Made by a program: the position numbers and the translations under genes. Source: Thermoplasmata archaeon (GTDB lineage Archaea; Thermoplasmatota; Thermoplasmata; Halarchaeoplasmatales; Halarchaeoplasmataceae). From it: a stretch of 24,000 bases of DNA. The notes beneath the pieces were generated by a model that was given only the letters and a program-made list of their open reading frames with translations, was not told the DNA's origin and did not search any database. The stretch lies in assembly GCA_003555395.1 (NCBI GenBank), contig PWHU01000003.1:920-24919 (forward strand). Direction: 5' to 3'. Positions within the stretch are counted from its first letter, which is position 1; each line of letters starts with the position of its first letter. Positions 6,832 through 13,895 of this stretch are shown here, piece by piece.

Positions 6832-8334
6832 CTAATCCATGGAAGATAGATTCTCTTTTATCTTCCTTGAGAAGGCTTTTCCGATACCTTCTACGTCCTG
6901 TAGATCCTTAAGCGAGGCGCTCTTCAATTTTTGTAGTGAATCGAATCCGCCTTCGTACAATCTTTCAGCCACTGAAGGCCCGATACCTTTTATCCCTGTG
7001 AAATCCTGTATCACTTTTTCCTTAGAAGTGCTTTTCTTTTCATCTTCGCCTTTACCAGATGATTCTACAGCGGATAGTTCATTTTCGACGCCTTCGATGA
7101 CAGATGATAAAGAAGGACTTTTATCAAAATCAACGCCGGCTTTTTTATCCTCTGAATCCTGTGATAGTTTGTCTTTCAAACGAGAGTGGCACTCTGTTAC
7201 AAGCTCTTCGGCCTTTTCGTACATTCCTTCTTTGTAATGAGAAGCACCTTGGCTGAGTATATCTCTCTCTGTGGAGATATCGATGTTTAGTTTCCTTGCC
7301 GATTTCATCATGCTCCTAACGTCGTTGATCATCTCCTCGACTGATTCCATGATAGCTCGTTCCTTTTCAGCCACATCCTCGGACTTTTTTGATTCACCTC
7401 GAACTATAACGGGAGGGAAAGCCGGTTTTTCCGTTAGTATATCTTTGGACCTTTCTTCCAACTCCTCCCTTGAACGAGGCATAACCGCTTTTGTTATCTT
7501 TACACCCTTGGAAGCGTCAAAATCTCCTGCATACTCTAATGAACCGTCGACCTCAACGTCTTCTCCTAAATTCACATCGCCCAAAGCGAATATATCAGAT
7601 ACTTTACAGTTTTTTTCGATAAAGATTTTATTTTTTGCTTGGATCTGTTTAGCCTTCACTCCTTCAGCCAAACGCACCTCGTCACCCCTGATCAGTCCTC
7701 CCACTTCACTGGCGTTACCTATCTTGACGGCTCCACCGTCGGATATTATATCGCCCTTCACTTCGTTTCCATGCCCCAAAACTATATCTTGTTTTGATTT
7801 TAGAGATCCGAGTATCTTGACGTTGTTTTCGACCTGTATTATATCATCAGATTCTATATCGCCGCGTATCTCCGCTCCTGATGGTAGATTGAATCCGATC
7901 TTACCTTCGTCTTTGTATTTTTCCAGTTCTCTCAGCAGGCGTTTGTTTTCCTCTTTTATTTCTTCTAACGCACTATTGAGTGATCTTTTTTCTTCTTCCA
8001 ACTTTTCTACGCGCTCTTCGAGTTGATTTCCTTCCAATATCAGATCCTCGTTTTCTTCTTTCAGACCTTTGTTTTCTTCCTGAAGTTCGTTTATCAATTC
8101 TGTATTTTCTGGAGAAGTGCTTGGAGTTTCTTCCTGTTGTTTTAATTTATATTTCAATTCTTCGATCTCGTCTTCTTTGTTTTTTAGCTCGATCTTCTTT
8201 TCATCGATCAAGTTTTCCCTCTCTTTTTGACATTCACTCAATTTTCTCTTCAAGATATTGACTTTTTTCTTTAGATTACCTTGATTACCGCGTACGGGGG
8301 GCCTTGACATCCTTTCCGACTCTTTTCTGTTCAT
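6832..8334 (-). CDS. coiled-coil / bactofilin-like beta-helix / (HhH)2 fusion protein
   Basis: 500 aa. Residues ~20-145 are an E/K/L heptad-rich coiled coil. Residues ~150-285 (nt 7480-7887) are short strand repeats with G-D-[IV] turns (EIRGDIESDDIIQVENNVKILGSL, NEVKGDIISDGGAVKIGNASEVGGLIRGDEVRL, VSDIFALGDVNLGEDVEVDGSLEY), like the bactofilin/DUF583 domain. Residues 443-497 (nt 6844-7008) hold two helix-hairpin-helix motifs, FTGIKGIGPSVAERL and LQDVEGIGKAFSRKI. A TATA-like ATAAATATA (8376-8368, minus strand) lies ~38 nt upstream of the ATG. CDS confidence is high; the domain calls are moderate. Confidence 0.8.
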   Translation of the reverse strand: MNRKESERMSRPPVRGNQGNLKKKVNILKRKLSECQKERENLIDEKKIELKNKEDEIEELKYKLKQQEETPSTSPENTELINELQEENKGLKEENEDLILEGNQLEERVEKLEEEKRSLNSALEEIKEENKRLLRELEKYKDEGKIGFNLPSGAEIRGDIESDDIIQVENNVKILGSLKSKQDIVLGHGNEVKGDIISDGGAVKIGNASEVGGLIRGDEVRLAEGVKAKQIQAKNKIFIEKNCKVSDIFALGDVNLGEDVEVDGSLEYAGDFDASKGVKITKAVMPRSREELEERSKDILTEKPAFPPVIVRGESKKSEDVAEKERAIMESVEEMINDVRSMMKSARKLNIDISTERDILSQGASHYKEGMYEKAEELVTECHSRLKDKLSQDSEDKKAGVDFDKSPSLSSVIEGVENELSAVESSGKGEDEKKSTSKEKVIQDFTGIKGIGPSVAERLYEGGFDSLQKLKSASLKDLQDVEGIGKAFSRKIKENLSSMD

Positions 8335-8437
8335 AAATTCCCGCCTTGAATCCTAATTGAATTTTAGTATATTTATGTTTTGTTGTAGTGAAAATGAAAA
8401 TCTGGGAAGATAGTACATCGAGCAGTACTTCATAACA

Positions 8438-8501
8438 AATTTTATTTACCATGATTAAGCTCTTAATCTACTATTTGTAATACATCCGACGAAAATGGAG
8501 G
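8438..8501 (+). promoter_or_regulatory. putative archaellin promoter (TATA-like box) and Shine-Dalgarno site
   Basis: AAATTTTATTTA at 8438-8449 is the best TATA-like element upstream of arlB. GGAGG at 8497-8501 lies 6 nt before the ATG at 8508. The transcription start was not determined. Confidence 0.4.
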
Positions 8502-8507
8502 AAAAAA

Positions 8508-9137
8508 ATGAATGTAAAAAGGATAAATAGGCTCTCCGAGAAAGAGAGTGGGGCGATAGGTATAGGCACTTTGATCGTTTTTATTGGCCTTATACTTGTC
8601 GCCGCGATAGCGTCTGCAGTGATCGTTGGTGTAATGGGCGACCTGCAGGAGAGAGCGAAGAGGACCGGTAGAGAGACCCAAGAGAACATCCATCCCCCTA
8701 TAAAGGTCCAAGAAGCCGAAGGTTTTACCGCCGACGGAAACACGATGGATGAACTTCGGGTCAGCGCTACAGCAGTCGAAGGTACTCGAGGGTACAATCT
8801 AGAGAATCTAGTTATACACATAGTAGGCGAGGACGGTGTAGACGGAGAAGGATTCAACCAGAGATTTGCTCATGAAAGTCTAGACCCGGCTAACTTAGAT
8901 GGGATCGACGGCACTTTCGAGGTAGAACGTTTCACAAACGAGGACCCGGAGAACGAGAACTATCTATACACGGATGAATTAGTTGGCCTCTATATAACCG
9001 AAGATCTCCATCCAATAGGCCCCGACAGCGATCTGACGTTTAGGTTCCTGGCTGCAGAAGGTGCTACTTCCTCGATACTGGAAACCATCACACCAGTCAG
9101 TTATCCAGACCATGGATGGTTCGACCTGACATATTGA
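8508..9137 (+). CDS. arlB: archaellin (archaeal flagellin, FlaB/ArlB)
   Basis: Class III (prepilin-like) signal, charged leader MNVKRINRLSEKESG, then AIGIGTLIVFIGLILVAAIASAVIVGVMGDLQERA. This matches the conserved archaellin N-terminus (G|xxGIGTLIVFIAxxLVAA). It is the first gene of an arl/fla operon and has a strong SD. Confidence 0.92.
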   Translation: MNVKRINRLSEKESGAIGIGTLIVFIGLILVAAIASAVIVGVMGDLQERAKRTGRETQENIHPPIKVQEAEGFTADGNTMDELRVSATAVEGTRGYNLENLVIHIVGEDGVDGEGFNQRFAHESLDPANLDGIDGTFEVERFTNEDPENENYLYTDELVGLYITEDLHPIGPDSDLTFRFLAAEGATSSILETITPVSYPDHGWFDLTY

Positions 9138-9150
9138 GCAAACATTTTCT

Positions 9151-9190
9151 GAGGTTGGAGTACTCACTCCTCCTCCCTTTATAATTTTTA
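9151..9190 (+). terminator. hairpin plus oligo-T immediately downstream of arlB (candidate partial terminator)
   Basis: GAGG-tt-GGAGT-actc-ACTCC-t-CCTC (9151-9175) forms a 9-bp interrupted stem. It is followed by CCTTTATAATTTTTA, with TTTTT at 9185-9189. It begins 14 nt after the arlB stop codon. Confidence 0.35.
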
Positions 9191-9205
9191 AAGGAGTCTA
9201 CGAGG

Positions 9206-10507
9206 ATGGATAAAGAAGAAACTGAAGATAAGCAGAAGCCCAAACCCAGCTTAAAATCTAGATTGCGTTCTAGGGACGAAGATCCCGATGAAGAGGATAT
9301 AAGATCGATAGGAAAAGACGATTGGACGTTCGACGGTAAAAAGGGATATGAGAAACGTACTGGTGCTGATCTTCGAAGCCAACGCAGGAAGAAAAGAGTT
9401 GACGAGATCACAGGAGGCAGAAAGGAAGACCTTGTTAACGAGATCGCAGGGGAGAGCGCCGATGAGGAGTACAGGGTGGAGAGACTCCAGGAACAGACCA
9501 TAGAAAAACCAAGTAAACCTAGTCCACGTCCAGGTTTTGAAGGGGAAAAAAGGGAAGGCAAAAAGGAAAAGGAAGAAAATAGAGGTTCTATGGATGAAGA
9601 GAGTCCTTCAGATCAACTAGATAAGTTTGAAATACGTCATGGCATGCCCGAGGTGGAAGGTAAATCCGCCGAGGATCCAAATTTTCAAAATAGAAGAAGA
9701 TATAGAATGGAGGAGAGGCCATTGTCTGAAGATATGAGACCTATAGGATCGATCGACTCGGAGTTAGTTGAAGACCTTAAAGAGCACGTAGCGGATCTAT
9801 CGGATAAAGTAGATGGATTTTCTGACGAGCTGAATGATATAGACGAGGAGATATCGCTTCTAGTCTCTAGGATGGATAGATTAGAGAAGCGGGAAGTGAA
9901 CTACGAGAAGGTGGAAGAGAAACTTAAAGAGCTATCGGCTCTTTATGATATCCTTTCATCCGACGTGAGTCCCTTTATCGAGTTAGGTGAACTAACCCAC
10001 GGTTCTAGTGAAGGTGGAAGAAGAGAGGTAAGTGCAGGAAACAATATCGATCACATCAACCATTTGAATCATCCTAACGGTCTAAAAAGTAGCAGACGAA
10101 GTCAACGATCAAGTGACGACGGAGGCGAACAAAGCCAGGATGACATCAGCGAACGTTATGATATGGAAGCTATGATAGATTGGATAGACTTTCTTTACAC
10201 CAAGACAGGGGGTAACATCCAAGACGCTTTGGATTATTACCTAGAGTTAGGATGGATAGGACAGGATCTTAAAGACAATATTTTGACCTATACTGAAGGT
10301 ATGAAATTAGATCTAGAATACGAAGAACACGATCGGATCATCGGCGAAGATGGAGATGTGCAAAGAGGGGATAAAGACTGGAGACTGACTCCACAGGATC
10401 ATAAAGAATCTCTTAGATATATAAAGGCCATAAAGAACGGTTACGATAAAGGAAAAGGACAGGTAAAAAATCAAGATAGACAAAGCTTCGAAAGAGGTGA
10501 AAACTGA
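9206..10507 (+). CDS. ArlD/E (FlaD/E)-like archaellum accessory protein with a long charged N-terminal extension
   Basis: Operon position between the archaellin and arlF. It has a coiled coil ending in ...LSALYDILSSDVSPFIE (compare the coiled coil plus NPF of FlaC/D/E). Its C-terminal block MIDWIDFLYTKTGGNIQDALDYYLELGWIGQDLKDNILTYTEG...LTPQDHKESLRYIKAI resembles the FlaD/E domain (PF04659), recalled from memory. Residues 1-185 are K/R/E/D-rich and low in complexity. Confidence 0.7.
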   Translation: MDKEETEDKQKPKPSLKSRLRSRDEDPDEEDIRSIGKDDWTFDGKKGYEKRTGADLRSQRRKKRVDEITGGRKEDLVNEIAGESADEEYRVERLQEQTIEKPSKPSPRPGFEGEKREGKKEKEENRGSMDEESPSDQLDKFEIRHGMPEVEGKSAEDPNFQNRRRYRMEERPLSEDMRPIGSIDSELVEDLKEHVADLSDKVDGFSDELNDIDEEISLLVSRMDRLEKREVNYEKVEEKLKELSALYDILSSDVSPFIELGELTHGSSEGGRREVSAGNNIDHINHLNHPNGLKSSRRSQRSSDDGGEQSQDDISERYDMEAMIDWIDFLYTKTGGNIQDALDYYLELGWIGQDLKDNILTYTEGMKLDLEYEEHDRIIGEDGDVQRGDKDWRLTPQDHKESLRYIKAIKNGYDKGKGQVKNQDRQSFERGEN

Positions 10508-10509
10508 AG

Positions 10510-10959
10510 ATGGGATTGAGCGTCTCAGCCTCCGCTGCCATCGTTATGATAGGATTTGTGCTGGTTTTTGGAACATTATATCCTGCGATAGAGAGCTCCC
10601 AGGAAATAAAGAACGAAGCCAGGAGCCAGTGGCTCGATTGGCGAGACGAAAAGCAGAATGCGGAGATGAGCGTCGATAGTGTGGAATATATAGAGCAGGA
10701 TACCCGTTTGAATATAAGCCTAAAAAATACAGGAGATACCGCATTTGCTATAAGCGAATTGGAAGTTCTTTTGGATGGTGTATACAGCACGGATAAAGTT
10801 ACGGGATACGTTGTGGACCAACGGATCGAGAACACTGATATTTGGAATCCAGGACAGGATCTTAACTTGACTTTGGAAGAAGTAGAAGAAGAGATTCACC
10901 GCGTTTTAGTAGTGAACGAATTCGGCTCCGAAGCTTATCACGTAAAGGGGGCGGAATGA
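10510..10959 (+). CDS. arlF: archaellum protein ArlF (FlaF)
   Basis: The N-terminus MGLSVSASAAIVMIGFVLVFGTLY matches the FlaF-type archaellin-like hydrophobic N-terminus (MGFSxSxSxAI...), followed by a ~110-aa beta-rich domain. GAGGTGA lies upstream. The gene starts 2 nt after the previous stop and fits the canonical F-G-H-I-J order. Confidence 0.78.
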   Translation: MGLSVSASAAIVMIGFVLVFGTLYPAIESSQEIKNEARSQWLDWRDEKQNAEMSVDSVEYIEQDTRLNISLKNTGDTAFAISELEVLLDGVYSTDKVTGYVVDQRIENTDIWNPGQDLNLTLEEVEEEIHRVLVVNEFGSEAYHVKGAE

Positions 10960-11447
10960 AGATGGCCGGAAGAAGCGCCACTGAGATGATATGGTTTGCG
11001 GTTTCCGTGATCGTGGCTATTTCACTTATAGGGGTTTTCGTCGGCTTGGCCTACCAATATTCGGGTACCATCCAGCGGAATGCTAGAGGAGAAGCCGCTA
11101 ATTATTATGTGAACGTAGATCTAGTCAACGATCCCGTTTATATGCCCTATGATAACGATACGAACGATCTAACCATCTATGCAAAAAATACAGGCATGTA
11201 CGAGTTGGATACGTCTCAAATACTGGTCAACGTTAACGGTAATATCCTTTTAGTCGATGAAGACGATGTGGATATAATGGGAAAGGACGATACCGATTGG
11301 ACCCAAGGGACGGTAGCAAGGATCAACGTCAACGCGGATCTAGAAAATGGAGAAGATCACTCAGTGAGGATAGAAGTTCAGGGAATATTCAGGGGAGAAA
11401 GGATGGGAAGGGACAGTGATTCTTTGGAATTTCATTTGAATTCATGA
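10956..11447 (+). CDS. arlG: archaellum protein ArlG (FlaG)
   Basis: ATGA start/stop overlap with arlF. N-terminus ...SATEMIWFAVSVIVAISLIGVFVGL, followed by a soluble beta-rich domain. Position in the operon fits. Confidence 0.75.
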   Translation: MKMAGRSATEMIWFAVSVIVAISLIGVFVGLAYQYSGTIQRNARGEAANYYVNVDLVNDPVYMPYDNDTNDLTIYAKNTGMYELDTSQILVNVNGNILLVDEDDVDIMGKDDTDWTQGTVARINVNADLENGEDHSVRIEVQGIFRGERMGRDSDSLEFHLNS

Positions 11448-11457
11448 GGTGAAGGAA

Positions 11458-12168
11458 ATGGCACTAGAAACTGACCTGACATATTACAAATTTGATCTTG
11501 ATAGGGATACTTTAGCTACTGCCTTAGGAGGTGGGATACCGAAAGGATCCATGGTTTTGATAACTGGAAAATTCGGCAGTGGAAAGAGTGTAATATGCCA
11601 AAGGTTCACCTACGGTTTTATCGAGAACGGTTATACCGCAACCTACGTATCTTCGGAGACGAACACAAAACCCTTCATCAACCAGATGAACTCTCTTAAT
11701 TATCCGGTGAAAGAGGAGATATACAGTCATCAGTTGAAGTTTGTTCCTGTGAATCCCCTTGTTGGTAAATCCTGTTCAAGAGAAGAAGCGCTTTCTCAGC
11801 TGCTTGAAGGTAATGGATTGTATGATAGAAACATAACCATAGTAGATACGCTTTCTTCATTGATAGAAGATTGCAATGTGAAGGATCTTTCTTTAGAAGC
11901 GCTCTCCTTCTTTCAAAAGACCTGTAGCAGAGGAAAAACGTTATTCTTGACCTTAGATCCAGATGAGGTTGAAGAAGATATAATGACTCCTTACAAATCA
12001 GCGGCCGATATATACCTTCAGTTGAACAGGAAGACTATAGGCGGAGAGACAGAGAGACTCATCAATGTAAGAAGGTTCACCTCTGCTAGAGGTCGTATGC
12101 AGGACGTTATAAAATTCAGGATAGAACCCAATGCAGGGTTCGTGGTAGATATAACTCAGGTAACCTGA
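11458..12168 (+). CDS. arlH: archaellum ATP-binding protein ArlH (FlaH), KaiC/RecA-like
   Basis: LGGGIPKGSMVLITGKFGSGKSVICQRFTYGFIENGYTATYVSSE contains a Walker A motif in KaiC-like context. The track ORF starts at GTG 11449. ATG 11458 has AGGTGA 5 nt upstream and is preferred. Confidence 0.9.
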   Translation: MALETDLTYYKFDLDRDTLATALGGGIPKGSMVLITGKFGSGKSVICQRFTYGFIENGYTATYVSSETNTKPFINQMNSLNYPVKEEIYSHQLKFVPVNPLVGKSCSREEALSQLLEGNGLYDRNITIVDTLSSLIEDCNVKDLSLEALSFFQKTCSRGKTLFLTLDPDEVEEDIMTPYKSAADIYLQLNRKTIGGETERLINVRRFTSARGRMQDVIKFRIEPNAGFVVDITQVT

Positions 12169-12174
12169 ACCTAA

Positions 12175-12191
12175 TGTAATATGATATTACA
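12175..12191. repeat. perfect 17-bp palindrome TGTAATAT-G-ATATTACA in the arlH-arlI gap
   Basis: Read directly: 8-bp arms around one central base, 7 nt after the arlH stop, within a 65-bp gap that is one of the few untranslated gaps inside the operon. Confidence 0.3.
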
Positions 12192-12233
12192 ACTCAACTT
12201 TGACCTTCACCCAAGAAAAGATAGAATAAAAAT

Positions 12234-13895
12234 GTGATCAACATGCCGTCGAAATTCCAGGAAGCTCTGGAAAACAACCCTCATCTGAGGGATTACTTGA
12301 GAAGCATAAGAGAAGAGAGTGGGGATAGACCGGAGTTCAGAGAAAGCCTCTCCCGAGATATGGCTACCATGGATCAAGTCGATATGATTTATCCCGTTAC
12401 GGACCCCATTTTTGTTCATCTTAAAATACCAACGGAAGAAAAGGGTCGATATTTTACCATTGAGCCGCCGCTGAAAAGCGGGCTGAAAGAGAAGCTAGAG
12501 GACATAAGAAAGAGGATACTTCTAAAGGCCTCTCGCACCAAAACACCAGAAGATGATCAGGGATTTGAGGATAAACTTGACGGGCTGATAGAAGACGTTA
12601 TAACAACCCAAGATGGTTTTTCTTCGATTTTTTCCTTCGGTGACGGACAGGTGAGAGTGGACGAGGAGCATATAGATACGATACGATACCATCTAAAAAA
12701 GGAGATAATGGGTTACGGGATCTTGGAACCGCTCCTTTACGACCCTTATGTGGAGGATATCCACGGCGTCGCTTTGAACAACCTATCGGTTCTACACGAG
12801 GTATTCGGCCTGTTGGAGACCGACCTGAATTTTGAAAACAAGGAAGGCCTAGAAAAATATGTTAGGAGCATGAGCAACAGGATGGGTAAAAACGTCACAG
12901 AGAGTAACCCTATAACCGACGGAGCTCTTCCTATGGGTTCTAGAGTGAATATAATCTACAGCAAAGACGTGAGTAAAGAGGGCCCCAGCTTCACTATCAG
13001 AAATTTCAGTGAAGAGCCAATCACTATTCCGCAGATAGTAGATTGGAACACCCTATCTCCAAAGATGGCTGCCTACCTTTGGCTCTGCCTCGAATTCGAT
13101 ATGAGTATAATAGTGTCCGGTGTCACGGCGTCGGGAAAGACAACTACCATGAACGCCCTTCTGCCTTTTATAGGATACGATCAGAAAATATACAGCGCGG
13201 AGGACACCCCAGAAGTGAACGTGCCGCAGCCAACATGGCAGAGGCTGGTCACTAGAGAGACGGGTCCAGAGGATTCGAGAGTGGAACTCTTCGACCTGGT
13301 GAAGACGGCTTTACGTTCAAGACCGGATTACATAGTGATAGGAGAGGTGAGAGGAAGAGAGGGATCGGCAGCGTTCCAGGCGATACAGACAGGCCATCCA
13401 GTGGTTTCTACGTTCCATGCTTCTTCCGTAGATAAACTCATCCAGCGTTTCACCAGCGACCCCATAAATGTGCCTATCAGGTTCATGGATAACCTTAACA
13501 TATGTCTTTTTCAGCAGATCATATATCACGAAGGCCAGATATTGAGAAGGTGCAGTTCTATAGTCGAGATACTGGGATATTCGAGAGAAAGGGAAGGCGT
13601 CCAAACCAGACGTATATTTACATGGGACCCTGTTAGTGACGAACACAACTTTATAGGGATGAATAACAGCTATGTGCTCGAAAATCTGATAGCTCCCAAG
13701 TTGAGATTCGAAGACCGAAAGAAGATCTACGATGAATTAGAAGCGAGAACGGAGATATTGAGTAAGATCGTTGAAGCAGGGATAACCAAACATGAGAAAG
13801 TAGCGGAGATATTCAAGAGTTACAGCTATGGAGGGATAAAAAACATGAGGAGGAAACTTTCGGAGATCAGGGATGAGAGGGGGTACGAACAGTGA
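12234..13895 (+). CDS. arlI: archaellum assembly/motor ATPase ArlI (FlaI), type II/IV secretion ATPase superfamily
   Basis: Walker A (IVSGVTASGKTTTMNAL), Asp/Walker B region (RPDYIVIGEVRGREG) and His box (VVSTFHASS). 553 aa, typical for FlaI. The start is GTG 12234 or ATG 12243, with no clear SD for either. Confidence 0.95.
   Translation: MINMPSKFQEALENNPHLRDYLRSIREESGDRPEFRESLSRDMATMDQVDMIYPVTDPIFVHLKIPTEEKGRYFTIEPPLKSGLKEKLEDIRKRILLKASRTKTPEDDQGFEDKLDGLIEDVITTQDGFSSIFSFGDGQVRVDEEHIDTIRYHLKKEIMGYGILEPLLYDPYVEDIHGVALNNLSVLHEVFGLLETDLNFENKEGLEKYVRSMSNRMGKNVTESNPITDGALPMGSRVNIIYSKDVSKEGPSFTIRNFSEEPITIPQIVDWNTLSPKMAAYLWLCLEFDMSIIVSGVTASGKTTTMNALLPFIGYDQKIYSAEDTPEVNVPQPTWQRLVTRETGPEDSRVELFDLVKTALRSRPDYIVIGEVRGREGSAAFQAIQTGHPVVSTFHASSVDKLIQRFTSDPINVPIRFMDNLNICLFQQIIYHEGQILRRCSSIVEILGYSREREGVQTRRIFTWDPVSDEHNFIGMNNSYVLENLIAPKLRFEDRKKIYDELEARTEILSKIVEAGITKHEKVAEIFKSYSYGGIKNMRRKLSEIRDERGYEQ

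Noticed and set aside
6839-8261. Three long + strand ORFs (6839-7237, 7271-8026, 7980-8261) giving Ser/Phe/Leu-rich proteins
   Set aside because: They lie antisense to the 6832-8334 gene. Their S/F/L-rich low-complexity composition is what the reverse complement of GAA/AAG/GAG-rich (E/K) coding sequence produces. They have no SD or promoter and no domain-like sequence.
8471-10835. Minus-strand ORFs 8463-8711, 8471-8857, 8979-9167, 9097-9561, 10413-10835 and 10544-10744
   Set aside because: All lie antisense within the well-supported arlB, arlD/E-like and arlF genes. Their composition is shadow-like (S/P/L-rich) and none has a recognisable motif.
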